A model generated the notes under the pieces. The model saw only the letters and a program-made list of their open reading frames with translations, was not told the origin of the DNA and ran no database searches. This document shows positions 1-8,104 of a stretch of 64,000 nucleotides of DNA, one piece after another (within the stretch, counting starts at the first letter, position 1; each line of letters starts with the position of its first letter). Origin of the DNA: an uncultured virus (IMG/VR IMGVR_UViG_3300042540_001084) (Duplodnaviria > Heunggongvirae > Uroviricota > Caudoviricetes); IMG/VR virus record IMGVR_UViG_3300042540_001084. One strand, given 5' to 3'. The translations under genes and the position numbers were made by a program.

Positions 1-81
1 ACCCAGGATAATGAAAAAGTAGTTAACAACGATTCTAAGACCACTTTTCACTTTTGTCCAAAATTCTTTTAATAGTTCCAT
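1..81 (-). CDS. Hypothetical protein, 5' part only (MELLKEFWTKVKSGLRIVVNYFFIILG...), runs off the window
   Basis: ATG at 81 on the minus strand, open to the window edge; Bacteroidota-type promoter just upstream; hydrophobic stretch begins. Confidence 0.6.
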   Translation of the reverse strand, partial: MELLKEFWTKVKSGLRIVVNYFFIILG

Positions 82-85
82 AGTT

Positions 86-117
86 CAAAGTTAAAGATTT
101 AAAATGGATTTGTCAAA
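86..117 (-). promoter_or_regulatory. Bacteroidota sigmaA-type promoter (TTTG-N20-TAACTTTG)
   Basis: Plus-strand caaagtta at 86-93 and caaa at 114-117; matches the -33/-7 consensus TTTG...TAnnTTTG. Confidence 0.6.
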
Positions 118-118
118 C

Positions 119-150
119 AAAAAAAAATCTTGGGATGATGTCCCAAGATT
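119..150 (-). terminator. Intrinsic terminator downstream of tRNA-Ser
   Basis: aatcttggga-tgatg-tcccaagatt inverted repeat preceded by an A-run (U-tract on the minus strand). Confidence 0.7.
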
Positions 151-156
151 TCTTAG

Positions 157-243
157 CGGAGGCTCAGGGATTCGAACCCCGGTTACAGTTTCCCGTAAAG
201 CAGTTTTCAAGACTGCCGCATTCGACCGCTCTGCCAAACCTCC
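157..243 (-). tRNA. tRNA-Ser(UGA), long variable arm, CCA not encoded
   Basis: GGAGGTT/AGCCTCC acceptor stem with G discriminator, GCAGT-CTTGAAA-ACTGC anticodon arm, GGTTCGAATCC T-loop. Confidence 0.95.
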
Positions 244-263
244 GATTATGATTACTAATATAA

Positions 264-665
264 TTATACTTCACCATTCATCAATAGTTCTCTTTCTAAA
301 TAATCACAAAAATAATTTACACAAGTTTCAGGTCTAATGTCATACACCATACAACTTCTTAAGTGTCTATTATAGTTGATACAATATTTGTTTTCTGTTG
401 AGAAATCTACTTTAAATGCTGGATAACTACGGAAATCTTGCCAAACAGGTCTATCAGGAAATACCTTAGACCCCGTTTCATAGTTATAAAAAACCTCATC
501 AAACTTTACTTCACGACCAAGTTTTTTAGAAAGGTTTTTTAGAAATGTTTGATAGTCTTCTATTGGACCCATAATGTAGTTCCTATCTTCCAAAGAACAA
601 CAACTGGCGTGATGGTCATCTCGACCCCAACATTTAAAACTACAAACTTGACAATGATTACCCAC
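264..665 (-). CDS. YkgJ-like cysteine-cluster (CxxCxxxC...CC / C..Y..RP..C..YFC) protein
   Basis: CQVCSFKC..SCC and C-terminal CMVYDIRPETCVNYFC; the track start (713) lies inside a terminator hairpin, so GTG at 665 is preferred. Confidence 0.7.
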   Translation of the reverse strand: MGNHCQVCSFKCWGRDDHHASCCSLEDRNYIMGPIEDYQTFLKNLSKKLGREVKFDEVFYNYETGSKVFPDRPVWQDFRSYPAFKVDFSTENKYCINYNRHLRSCMVYDIRPETCVNYFCDYLERELLMNGEV

Positions 666-676
666 AGGTAAAATAT

Positions 677-717
677 AAAAAAAAGAGATATGGGAGTCAA
701 CTAAAACTCCCACATCT
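677..717 (-). terminator. Intrinsic terminator downstream of tmRNA
   Basis: agatatgggagt...actcccacatct imperfect inverted repeat with adjacent A-run. Confidence 0.6.
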
Positions 718-721
718 AACT

Positions 722-1117
722 TGGTGGAGGTGGGGGGAGTCGAACCCCCGTCTTGCTCGCCCTAACCATTAGGGACTACACGTTTAGGTCAAGGTTTTTC
801 ATACCTTCCGAAATATCTGAGTTCTCACACCGCTCAGCGACGGTGACAGTTCTTACGGGGAACCATACCCGTTTTGTTCCTTTTTGGATAGAAACCACAC
901 CTTAAAGGACTTCTGTTGCTAGGTTAATGTCCATCGACCCCGTGTTGTGTATACCTCTTAGGCTACAGCAACTTTTTCTTCTCTCATAAGACCGAGAGCA
1001 GAAAGTTTAGCAAAAGTATTGCCAGTTAAAAATCGCCTCCGTAGATTATAGTGATAGGAAACTTCTCACTACGTGCCCCCGATGCCCAGCAACGCCAATC
1101 AATACCAAGGCACCCCC
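722..1117 (-). ncRNA. ssrA: tmRNA (transfer-messenger RNA)
   Basis: 5' GGGGGTG pairs with 3' CACCTCC-ACCA, giving the G3:U70 alanine identity; GGGTTCGACTCCC T-arm; internal tag frame 1023-958 GNTFAKLSALGLMREEKVAVA-stop after a TAACT resume context; 396 nt. Confidence 0.93.
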
Positions 1118-1135
1118 ATATTTCAAAGAACAATA

Positions 1136-1166
1136 CAAATATAAGTATTTATTAGTATATGCCAAA
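1136..1166 (-). promoter_or_regulatory. Bacteroidota-type promoter for tmRNA (TTTG-N19-TATATTTG)
   Basis: Plus-strand caaatata at 1136-1143 and caaa at 1163-1166. Confidence 0.55.
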
Positions 1167-2526
1167 GTTTGACAAGAAAATATTTGAATCTTTTAACGAT
1201 ACAATCGTTCTATATTACAATATGGAAGCACTATGTAATAACTTCCAAGATAACACAAATTGGTGTCAGAACGATGAAACTGTAGAAGATTTGGAAAAAT
1301 CTTTTTCCCTTGGAGGTGCTTATGTTATCAATGAAAGTGGGAAGTATTATTTATTAACTCGTACTGAGAGTGACTACAAAATTGTTGATTCTAAATCTTC
1401 AGAGGTTAATTTGAAAAATTTCACAACAAATGGTACATTGGAAGACTTTATTGAGACTCTTACAAAACCAGGTCCATTCTTCCCAATTGCGTTAAGAAAA
1501 TACATCTATGGTAGAGTCGATGCTGATTATTTAGATAGATTTCCAAAAGTTTCTGAAGTAATAGAAAGAGGTAGTAGAAAGGGTGAAACAAAAATTGTCT
1601 TCAAATTAAGCGAGAATGATTATGAAAATATGTTTAACTTGGTTGAGGATGACATTTATATTATTAATGCTGTTACATCAAGTTATGGTGGTTATGATGG
1701 TTTTCAGTTTGTTGATGAATGGAGTACACGAGAAAATTTTTCAGAGGGATATTGGTATCAAAGTCAATATAATGATGAAAACAAAGAAAAAATGAAGAAA
1801 ATATTTTCTTTGTTGCATCCTGATTGGAATGAGGAAGATATCAGTATTGATAACTCTAGTAACGAAGAAGTTTTGGCAAAACTGTATAGAGACTTCAATA
1901 AACTTGTTCCGGGTATTTTGGGTGATATGATGGATAGTGCCAATTATTATGCCAATGAGGAAGTAAGAGATGGTGTTAGAGAAAGTGTTTATAAAGAGTT
2001 AAACAATGTTTTCTCAAAAAATGGTTTTAGTTGGGACTCGAGAGATAACGAATTAACCGCAACAGTTGCCGTTCTTTATACTTGGGCAGTCCAACTTAAT
2101 ATGGAATCTGCAACACCAAAACAATTATTGGAAGGGATTTTTAATGAAGTTGGTGGTATAAATGGAGGTTGGTACGAAGAGTATTGGAACTACCAAGGAG
2201 ATTTTGATAGTCACGGTTTTAATGTTGATTTGGGACGAAACCTTGATAAGATACTTGAGAAGTTTGAGGAAGATTATCAAATTGAAGAATGGTCCAGAAT
2301 ATCCAAAGAAATTTTTAGTAAGTTTAAACAGGGGTATAGTCTTCCGTTCCCAAATTACCCTGATTTAAGATTGGTTGTTGATAGTGTCAACCCTGAAACT
2401 TTAAAAGTTGAGTTTAAAGTCCAAAAAGGATTACAACAGAGAAATTTTTCAATGGACTATGAAAAATTTAATGATTTTATTTACAATAAAAAGTTATTTA
2501 ACTTTGAAAATCTGTTAGGTTTTTAG
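1159..2526 (+). CDS. Hypothetical acidic protein (455 aa)
   Basis: Long ORF; TATTTAT motif 6 nt upstream; no family recognised. Confidence 0.8.
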   Translation: MPKFDKKIFESFNDTIVLYYNMEALCNNFQDNTNWCQNDETVEDLEKSFSLGGAYVINESGKYYLLTRTESDYKIVDSKSSEVNLKNFTTNGTLEDFIETLTKPGPFFPIALRKYIYGRVDADYLDRFPKVSEVIERGSRKGETKIVFKLSENDYENMFNLVEDDIYIINAVTSSYGGYDGFQFVDEWSTRENFSEGYWYQSQYNDENKEKMKKIFSLLHPDWNEEDISIDNSSNEEVLAKLYRDFNKLVPGILGDMMDSANYYANEEVRDGVRESVYKELNNVFSKNGFSWDSRDNELTATVAVLYTWAVQLNMESATPKQLLEGIFNEVGGINGGWYEEYWNYQGDFDSHGFNVDLGRNLDKILEKFEEDYQIEEWSRISKEIFSKFKQGYSLPFPNYPDLRLVVDSVNPETLKVEFKVQKGLQQRNFSMDYEKFNDFIYNKKLFNFENLLGF

Positions 2527-2534
2527 TATATTTG
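2503..2534 (+). promoter_or_regulatory. Bacteroidota-type promoter (TTTG-N20-TATATTTG)
   Basis: TTTG at 2503-2506 and TATATTTG at 2527-2534, upstream of the peptidase. Confidence 0.6.
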
Positions 2535-2551
2535 TATACAAATAATATACA

Positions 2552-3382
2552 ATGACAATCAACACAAACCTACTTAAGGAAGTTCTATCAGTTCCCACAG
2601 TATCAAGACACGAAGGTATTATGGTAGAATACCTCACAAACTACCTAACCAACAAAGGTTACAACTTTCAGGTTGATGAACATATGAACGTTTATGTTAC
2701 AAAACAGACTTCTGAAGTTGTTGAATATTTTCCTTGTGTTGTTGCTCATACGGACACGGTCCACTCATTGACAAATATTAATGTTCGTGAAGAAATGAAA
2801 GAAAATGCTCAAGGTGAAATGAAACTTTCCTTGAAAGCTTATGACGACCACGGAAATCCAACAGGTATTGGTGGTGATGACAAGGCGGGTGTTTTTGCCT
2901 GTTTGACTTTATTGGAAGAACTACCTGACTTGAAAGTTGCGTTTTTTGTTAGTGAGGAAATTGGTTGTATTGGTTCATCTCACGCTGACCCTGAGTTCTT
3001 CAAAAATGTCGGATATGCGATTCAGTTTGATGCACCTGAGAACTGGATGGTTACAGAATATTGTTTTGGTGAAAGATTGTTTGACCGAAACTCTGATTTC
3101 TTCAAGTCTTGTGATGTTGTATTGAAAGAGTCTATGACAGACGATATGAAGTACCAACGACACCCATTTACTGATGTATACGCTTTGAGAAAGAAATTTG
3201 ATTTCTCTTGTATTAACCTATCAATTGGTTATTATGACTACCACTCAAAATATGAATATGTTGTAATTGAAGATGTCGAGAACGGTATTAACATTGGTAA
3301 AAAAATTATCGAATCAATTGGTAACAATTATCACCACACTAACAGAGTAGATAAAAACTCACATCAGTTTTTACTTTTCTAA
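2552..3382 (+). CDS. M20/M28/M42-clan zinc metallopeptidase
   Basis: VAHTD, GGDDKAG, SEEIG and a C-terminal YH metal-ligand motif. Confidence 0.85.
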   Translation: MTINTNLLKEVLSVPTVSRHEGIMVEYLTNYLTNKGYNFQVDEHMNVYVTKQTSEVVEYFPCVVAHTDTVHSLTNINVREEMKENAQGEMKLSLKAYDDHGNPTGIGGDDKAGVFACLTLLEELPDLKVAFFVSEEIGCIGSSHADPEFFKNVGYAIQFDAPENWMVTEYCFGERLFDRNSDFFKSCDVVLKESMTDDMKYQRHPFTDVYALRKKFDFSCINLSIGYYDYHSKYEYVVIEDVENGINIGKKIIESIGNNYHHTNRVDKNSHQFLLF

Positions 3383-3385
3383 AAC

Positions 3386-3414
3386 AAAAAAGAGGACATT
3401 AGTCCTCTTTTTTT
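3386..3414. terminator. Bidirectional intrinsic terminator
   Basis: aaaaaagaggac-atta-gtcctctttttt between convergent genes. Confidence 0.75.
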
Positions 3415-4025
3415 ATTCCCTTTGGTTCAAGTGGTGGGTCTAATAAAAATCTTTTATTAACCCAATTTCTTAATTCGTTTTCTACAAAAAACTCTGGCAC
3501 TGGTTCATCGTCTGGCATTCTGTTAGCAATTTCTGCAATATGACGAGCAAATTTAACTTTACTCTCATCGTCCATTAAGCTCATTAAACCATCTGATATA
3601 AAAAATATTTTACTAAATGGGTCTGAAAGAGGAAGGTCACCCTCAACTGCATCCATAAGTCTTAAAATTGTTTTACCCCACCAAGTCTTGTAATTTTGGG
3701 TTTCAGTTAATGAAGGTTTAATAATTTTATTTGCAGCTCTCATAATTGCAGCACCAAATCCCGCAACCGCTAATTGTGGTAAAAACCAAGGTAATAATCT
3801 TAATGTTGCTTTAAACCCACCCTCGCCAATATGTTTACCCAATCGTTCCTTTATTGCCGATTCGATAATAGTTCTTAATTGACCAAATGTTATAGGTCCT
3901 TGAGCATCACAAAATTTCTTAGCATCACAAATACTACGTACAACTCTATCTGAAGGTTCAACTTCAATACCTATTTTTTTAAGGTCGATTTGTTCTTGTA
4001 AAATTTGTTTAATTCTATCACGCAT
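3399..4025 (-). CDS. Hypothetical protein, possibly head-internal
   Basis: ORF starting MRDRIKQILQEQ; TATTTAT 5 nt upstream; central hydrophobic segment. Confidence 0.75.
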   Translation of the reverse strand: MRDRIKQILQEQIDLKKIGIEVEPSDRVVRSICDAKKFCDAQGPITFGQLRTIIESAIKERLGKHIGEGGFKATLRLLPWFLPQLAVAGFGAAIMRAANKIIKPSLTETQNYKTWWGKTILRLMDAVEGDLPLSDPFSKIFFISDGLMSLMDDESKVKFARHIAEIANRMPDDEPVPEFFVENELRNWVNKRFLLDPPLEPKGIKKED

Positions 4026-4038
4026 ATAATATAAATAT

Positions 4039-4066
4039 AAAAGGGAGGACTTTCATCCCCCCTTTT
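4039..4066 (-). terminator. Probable terminator after clpC
   Basis: aaaaggg...cccctttt imperfect hairpin. Confidence 0.45.
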
Positions 4067-4067
4067 G

Positions 4068-6068
4068 TTACTTACCAATTTTTACTGTCTCATCTTGGAC
4101 GGTAAGATTGATTTTTTTACCTTCCTTGATTTTACCTGTCAGGACCATCTCAGAGATAAAATCTTCGACCTTATCTTGAATAGCCCTTTTGATAGGACGT
4201 GCTCCATATATTTCATCAAACCCAACTTTTGAGATAAATTCAATCAACGAAGGACTATATGTAATTTGATAATTCATATCAGTCAAACGAGTCACCAATT
4301 TATCCAATTCAAGTTTGGTGATTTTATCGATATTTTCTTTCGATAAAGTTTGGAACACGATGGTGTCATCTACACGGTTCAAAAACTCAGGTGAGAAGAA
4401 AGTTTTGAGTTCTTTCATCAACATCTGTTTTTTGGCTTCTTCGTTTGAGTATTTGTTTGATGAGAAACCAATACCTGAACCAAAATCAGACAATTTTTTA
4501 ACACCCAAGTTTGTGGTCATAATAATCAAGGTATTCTTGAAGTTAATCTTACGACCCAATGAATCAGTAACGTGACCATCATCAAGGATTTGAAGTAGGA
4601 TTGAGAAGATGTCTCGGTGAGCCTTTTCAACCTCATCAAATAGGATTACTGAGTATGGTTTGTTTTTGACTTGTTCTGTCAACATACCACCTTCATCATA
4701 ACCAACGTATCCTGGAGGTGCTCCGACCAATCGAGATACCGTGTGTTTTTCTTGATACTCGGACATATCCACACGAATCATCGAATCTTCTGAACCAAAC
4801 ATTTCTTTGGCGATTTGTTTAGCCAAGTGAGTTTTACCAACACCAGTAGAACCCAAGAAAATAAATGAACCAATTGGACGATTAGGGTCTTTGATACCAA
4901 TTCGGTTTCTACGGATTGATTTAACAATCTTTTCTACCGCCTCATCCTGACCGATTACCTTAGACTTAATAACACTATCCATATTGATAAGTGCGTTAGT
5001 GTCATCGATTGTCATTTTGTTTACAGGAATTTTTGTCATAGACGAAACCACATCATAAACATTATCAACAGTAATCGAGGTACGATTGGTTGATGACTCC
5101 TCTTCAAACTTTTTCTTTTCAGATTCAAGTTTTGCCAAGATTTTACGTTCCTTGTCACGTAATTCGGCTGCTTGTTCAAAGTTTTGACGTTTTACAACAT
5201 CAAGTTTTTGTTGTTTGATTTCAGCCGCTTTACGTTTCAGGTCCTCAATTGCTTCAGGTATTTTAACCTCAGTTTGAGCACGAGCCCCAACCTCATCCAG
5301 AATATCAAAGGCTTTGTCAGGGAATTGACGGTCTGTGATGTAACGGTCAGCCAACTTTACACACAATTCAATTACCTCATCTGAATAGGTTACCTTATGG
5401 TAAGACTCATACTTATCCTTGACATTGTTAAGGATAATTACAGTTTCTGCAGGTGTTGATGCGTCAACCATAATTTTTTGAAAACGACGTTCCAACGCCC
5501 CATCTTTCTCAAACGACTTACGATACTCATCCAAAGTAGTCGCTCCGATACATTGGAGTTCTCCACGAGCAAGAGCTGGTTTAAAGATGTTGGAACCATC
5601 AAGAGAACCTGATGAGTTACCTGAACCAATCAACGTATGAATCTCATCAATGAACACGATGATATTCGGGTTGTTTTGAAGTTCTTCCAAGATAACCTTT
5701 AGTCGTTCTTCAAACTGACCACGATACTTGGTTCCTGCAACCACAGATGTCAAATCCAAAGTAACAATTCGTTTATCCAACAAATTCTTTGGACACTCAC
5801 CTTTGTGAATCAACATTGCCAATCCTTCGACAATCGCGGTTTTACCACAACCAGGTTCCCCCAAGATAATTGGGTTGTTTTTCTTCCTACGTGATAAAAC
5901 TTGTGCAATTCGTAGAATCTCTTGTTCACGACCAACAACAGGGTCAAGTTTACCATCTTCAGCTAACTTAATAAGGTCTCTACTGAAATTGTCCAACACA
6001 GGTGTTGAAGAATCAGAAGATTTACGTTGGCTTAGAGGTTTTTCGTCATCATCCATTAATCCATTCAT
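4068..6068 (-). CDS. clpC: ClpC-type Hsp100 AAA+ ATPase lacking the N-terminal Clp-repeat domain
   Basis: Two AAA+ modules ([29 protein letters not shown]), GTKYRG and GYVG pore loops, short UVR-type M-domain ([11 protein letters not shown]), ClpP-docking IGF loop; begins just before [11 protein letters not shown]. Confidence 0.92.
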   Translation of the reverse strand: MNGLMDDDEKPLSQRKSSDSSTPVLDNFSRDLIKLAEDGKLDPVVGREQEILRIAQVLSRRKKNNPIILGEPGCGKTAIVEGLAMLIHKGECPKNLLDKRIVTLDLTSVVAGTKYRGQFEERLKVILEELQNNPNIIVFIDEIHTLIGSGNSSGSLDGSNIFKPALARGELQCIGATTLDEYRKSFEKDGALERRFQKIMVDASTPAETVIILNNVKDKYESYHKVTYSDEVIELCVKLADRYITDRQFPDKAFDILDEVGARAQTEVKIPEAIEDLKRKAAEIKQQKLDVVKRQNFEQAAELRDKERKILAKLESEKKKFEEESSTNRTSITVDNVYDVVSSMTKIPVNKMTIDDTNALINMDSVIKSKVIGQDEAVEKIVKSIRRNRIGIKDPNRPIGSFIFLGSTGVGKTHLAKQIAKEMFGSEDSMIRVDMSEYQEKHTVSRLVGAPPGYVGYDEGGMLTEQVKNKPYSVILFDEVEKAHRDIFSILLQILDDGHVTDSLGRKINFKNTLIIMTTNLGVKKLSDFGSGIGFSSNKYSNEEAKKQMLMKELKTFFSPEFLNRVDDTIVFQTLSKENIDKITKLELDKLVTRLTDMNYQITYSPSLIEFISKVGFDEIYGARPIKRAIQDKVEDFISEMVLTGKIKEGKKINLTVQDETVKIGK

Positions 6069-6085
6069 AGTTTTCTATTTTTTTA

Positions 6086-6117
6086 CAAAGGTATAACAAT
6101 TTTCATACAAATCCAAA
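6086..6117 (-). promoter_or_regulatory. Bacteroidota-type promoter for clpC (TTTG-N20-TACCTTTG)
   Basis: Plus-strand caaaggta at 6086-6093 and caaa at 6114-6117. Confidence 0.65.
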
Positions 6118-6118
6118 C

Positions 6119-6193
6119 AACTGAAAAATTGTCAGTTAAGTTTTTTGTGATACTGACAAAATGTCATATATTTCCATTTGGCATTCAAATTGA
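6119..6193 (+). promoter_or_regulatory. Two TGACA-N3-TGTCA-type palindromes plus a sigma54-like -24/-12 element
   Basis: AACTGAAAAATTGTCAGTT 6119-6137, TGACAAAATGTCA 6154-6166, TTGGCATTCAAATTGA 6178-6193. Confidence 0.5.
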
Positions 6194-6241
6194 CTATTGT
6201 CTCTACAAAAATAAACATTTATATTTAATAAAAAAAATACT

Positions 6242-6688
6242 ATGAGAAGATTTAATTTTGACGACCTAAACGAAATGTTTGAATCAATGTTCGGTGGAGA
6301 CCCTTTTAAAGACTTTAAAAAAGATTTTAAAACGGGTAAAGATGAAGAAGGTGAATGGACCAGTGAAAGTTACACATCACCAGATGGTACTTGGAAATCA
6401 ACCGTAATTTATAAGTCCTACTTTGGAAGTGACAAAGATGGTCTTAAATCTAAATTGAGAAAACCAAAACAATCTGAGAATAAAGTTGAAAGACTAAAAG
6501 CAGAACTCGAAAGAGCGGTTGAGACTGAAGATTTCTTATTGGCAATTAAACTTCGTGATATGATTAAATCAATTGAAGAGAATAAAGACAAGGTAGAAGA
6601 ACTACAGTCTAAATTGAAATCGGCAATCGAAACACAAGATTTTGAATCAGCGATTGAGATACGAAACGAGTTGAGAAAATATGAATAA
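6242..6688 (+). CDS. Protein with two tandem UVR (UvrB/UvrC-type) coiled-coil motifs
   Basis: LKAELERAVETEDFLLAIKLRD and LQSKLKSAIETQDFESAIEIRN. Confidence 0.8.
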   Translation: MRRFNFDDLNEMFESMFGGDPFKDFKKDFKTGKDEEGEWTSESYTSPDGTWKSTVIYKSYFGSDKDGLKSKLRKPKQSENKVERLKAELERAVETEDFLLAIKLRDMIKSIEENKDKVEELQSKLKSAIETQDFESAIEIRNELRKYE

Positions 6689-6691
6689 TTT

Positions 6692-6721
6692 GAAGACCCC
6701 CGACTAAGTTGGGGGTTTTTT
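6692..6721 (+). terminator. Intrinsic terminator
   Basis: aagacccccgac-taa-gttgggggtttt followed by a T-run. Confidence 0.75.
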
Positions 6722-6734
6722 ATATTTATCTTAT

Positions 6735-7034
6735 ATGGAAAAGATAGTGAACAAATATCTTGATGGTTCTTTTAACTATTCATCACTTTTTGATGCCTAT
6801 ATTAGAATTAGAAAAGAATTAAAAAGACTTGGTTATACAGAGGAAACCGCGGCTAAGGTTTCGAATATGACCGTAGAATTATTTAAAGCTCACGATGAGT
6901 TTAATTATTATTTACATATGTTAAAGAAGGAATTGTCTGATATGTTTAATTTGGAAGAAAATGATTTAAATTTAATTATCCACAAAAGATTGGAGAAGAT
7001 AAATGAGTTATTCCCTTTAAACGATGGCAATTAA
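6735..7034 (+). CDS. Hypothetical protein
   Basis: ORF with TATTTAT 5 nt upstream; overlaps the next gene. Confidence 0.7.
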   Translation: MEKIVNKYLDGSFNYSSLFDAYIRIRKELKRLGYTEETAAKVSNMTVELFKAHDEFNYYLHMLKKELSDMFNLEENDLNLIIHKRLEKINELFPLNDGN

Positions 7035-7269
7035 AAGAGAAATTATAGACGGAACAAAAATACTCAACGAGATTGAGTCAAGTAATATTACAAGAACAGA
7101 ATATGATACTGCAACCAAAAAAATGATTGCAGAGTTCAAAAATGGCGTGAGATACGAATATGAAGATGTACCACACGCAACATACACAAAATTCAGAATG
7201 TCCGAATCACAGGGTAAATTCTTCAATTCTGAGATATCAAAAAAATTCAAGTATAAGAAAGTAGAATAA
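7024..7269 (+). CDS. KTSC domain protein
   Basis: SSNI...YD.....L..EFKNG..YEY.DVP...Y......S.GKFFN..I pattern. Confidence 0.85.
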   Translation: MAIKREIIDGTKILNEIESSNITRTEYDTATKKMIAEFKNGVRYEYEDVPHATYTKFRMSESQGKFFNSEISKKFKYKKVE

Positions 7270-7286
7270 CTATCTATTTATTAATA

Positions 7287-8039
7287 ATGGAGAAAGTTAA
7301 CGACATTATTGATAGTTTTTCACTTAGAGAAACCTTAAACCCTAAAGTTTGGGAAAATCCTGAGGAAGCTAAAGATGCAAAAATGAAGTCAAAAGTAAAA
7401 AGGGCTTTATTAAAAATTGCGGATGCTTTTATCGATAGTCTTGGTGATGATATTAAAGTTGAAGATATTATATTAACAGGTTCGTTGGCAAATTATAACT
7501 GGTCAAAATTTTCAGACTTTGATTTACACGTTGTAATTGATTTCTCACAATTCAAAAAACAAGAAGATTTACACAAAGAATTGTTTAACCTTAAAAAACA
7601 ACTTTTTAATGAAAAACACGACATCGTAATTTTTGGTTACGAGGTTGAGTTGTACGCCCAAGATGCCAAAGAAGCTCATTATTCTTCAGGTGTTTATTCA
7701 ATTTCAGATGATAAATGGTTAAATGTTCCCGAAAGAGAAAATTCAAAAATAGATAGAGATTTATTGGAAACAAAAATTCTTTCTTGGAAACAGAAACTTC
7801 AAAATTTGATTCTCCAAATTAAAAAGGATGGTGTTGAAAAAACTGAATCTAAAATTTTGGCTCTTAAGGATAAATTGAAAGAATATAGAACTTCAGGTTT
7901 GGAGAAAGAAGGTGAATACTCGTATGAGAATTTGGTTTTCAAATATCTAAGAAGGTCAGGTCTTATTGAAAAATTGTATGATACTATCAACAATCAAATG
8001 GATAAAGAACTTTCCGTTGAAGTAAAAAATATCGACTAA
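7287..8039 (+). CDS. Pol-beta superfamily nucleotidyltransferase
   Basis: LTGSLANYNWSKFSDFDLHVVID (GS...DxD) plus a downstream acidic strand (EVELY). Confidence 0.75.
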   Translation: MEKVNDIIDSFSLRETLNPKVWENPEEAKDAKMKSKVKRALLKIADAFIDSLGDDIKVEDIILTGSLANYNWSKFSDFDLHVVIDFSQFKKQEDLHKELFNLKKQLFNEKHDIVIFGYEVELYAQDAKEAHYSSGVYSISDDKWLNVPERENSKIDRDLLETKILSWKQKLQNLILQIKKDGVEKTESKILALKDKLKEYRTSGLEKEGEYSYENLVFKYLRRSGLIEKLYDTINNQMDKELSVEVKNID

Positions 8040-8104
8040 TTATTGCAGGTCCAAGTATTTAGAAAATTATTCTACCCAAATGTATATTTATTAAGAAAAA
8101 TTAA

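Noticed and set aside
157..243. Suppressor tRNA or stop-codon recoding
   Set aside because: Anticodon UGA reads Ser UCA. Core genes are intact in the standard code, and TAG and TGA both end genes
104..337. 77-aa plus-strand ORF
   Set aside because: It is the antisense reading of tRNA-Ser and its terminator
4068..6068. ClpB assignment or truncated pseudogene
   Set aside because: The short UVR-type M-domain and IGF loop indicate ClpC; it has its own promoter and intact catalytic motifs
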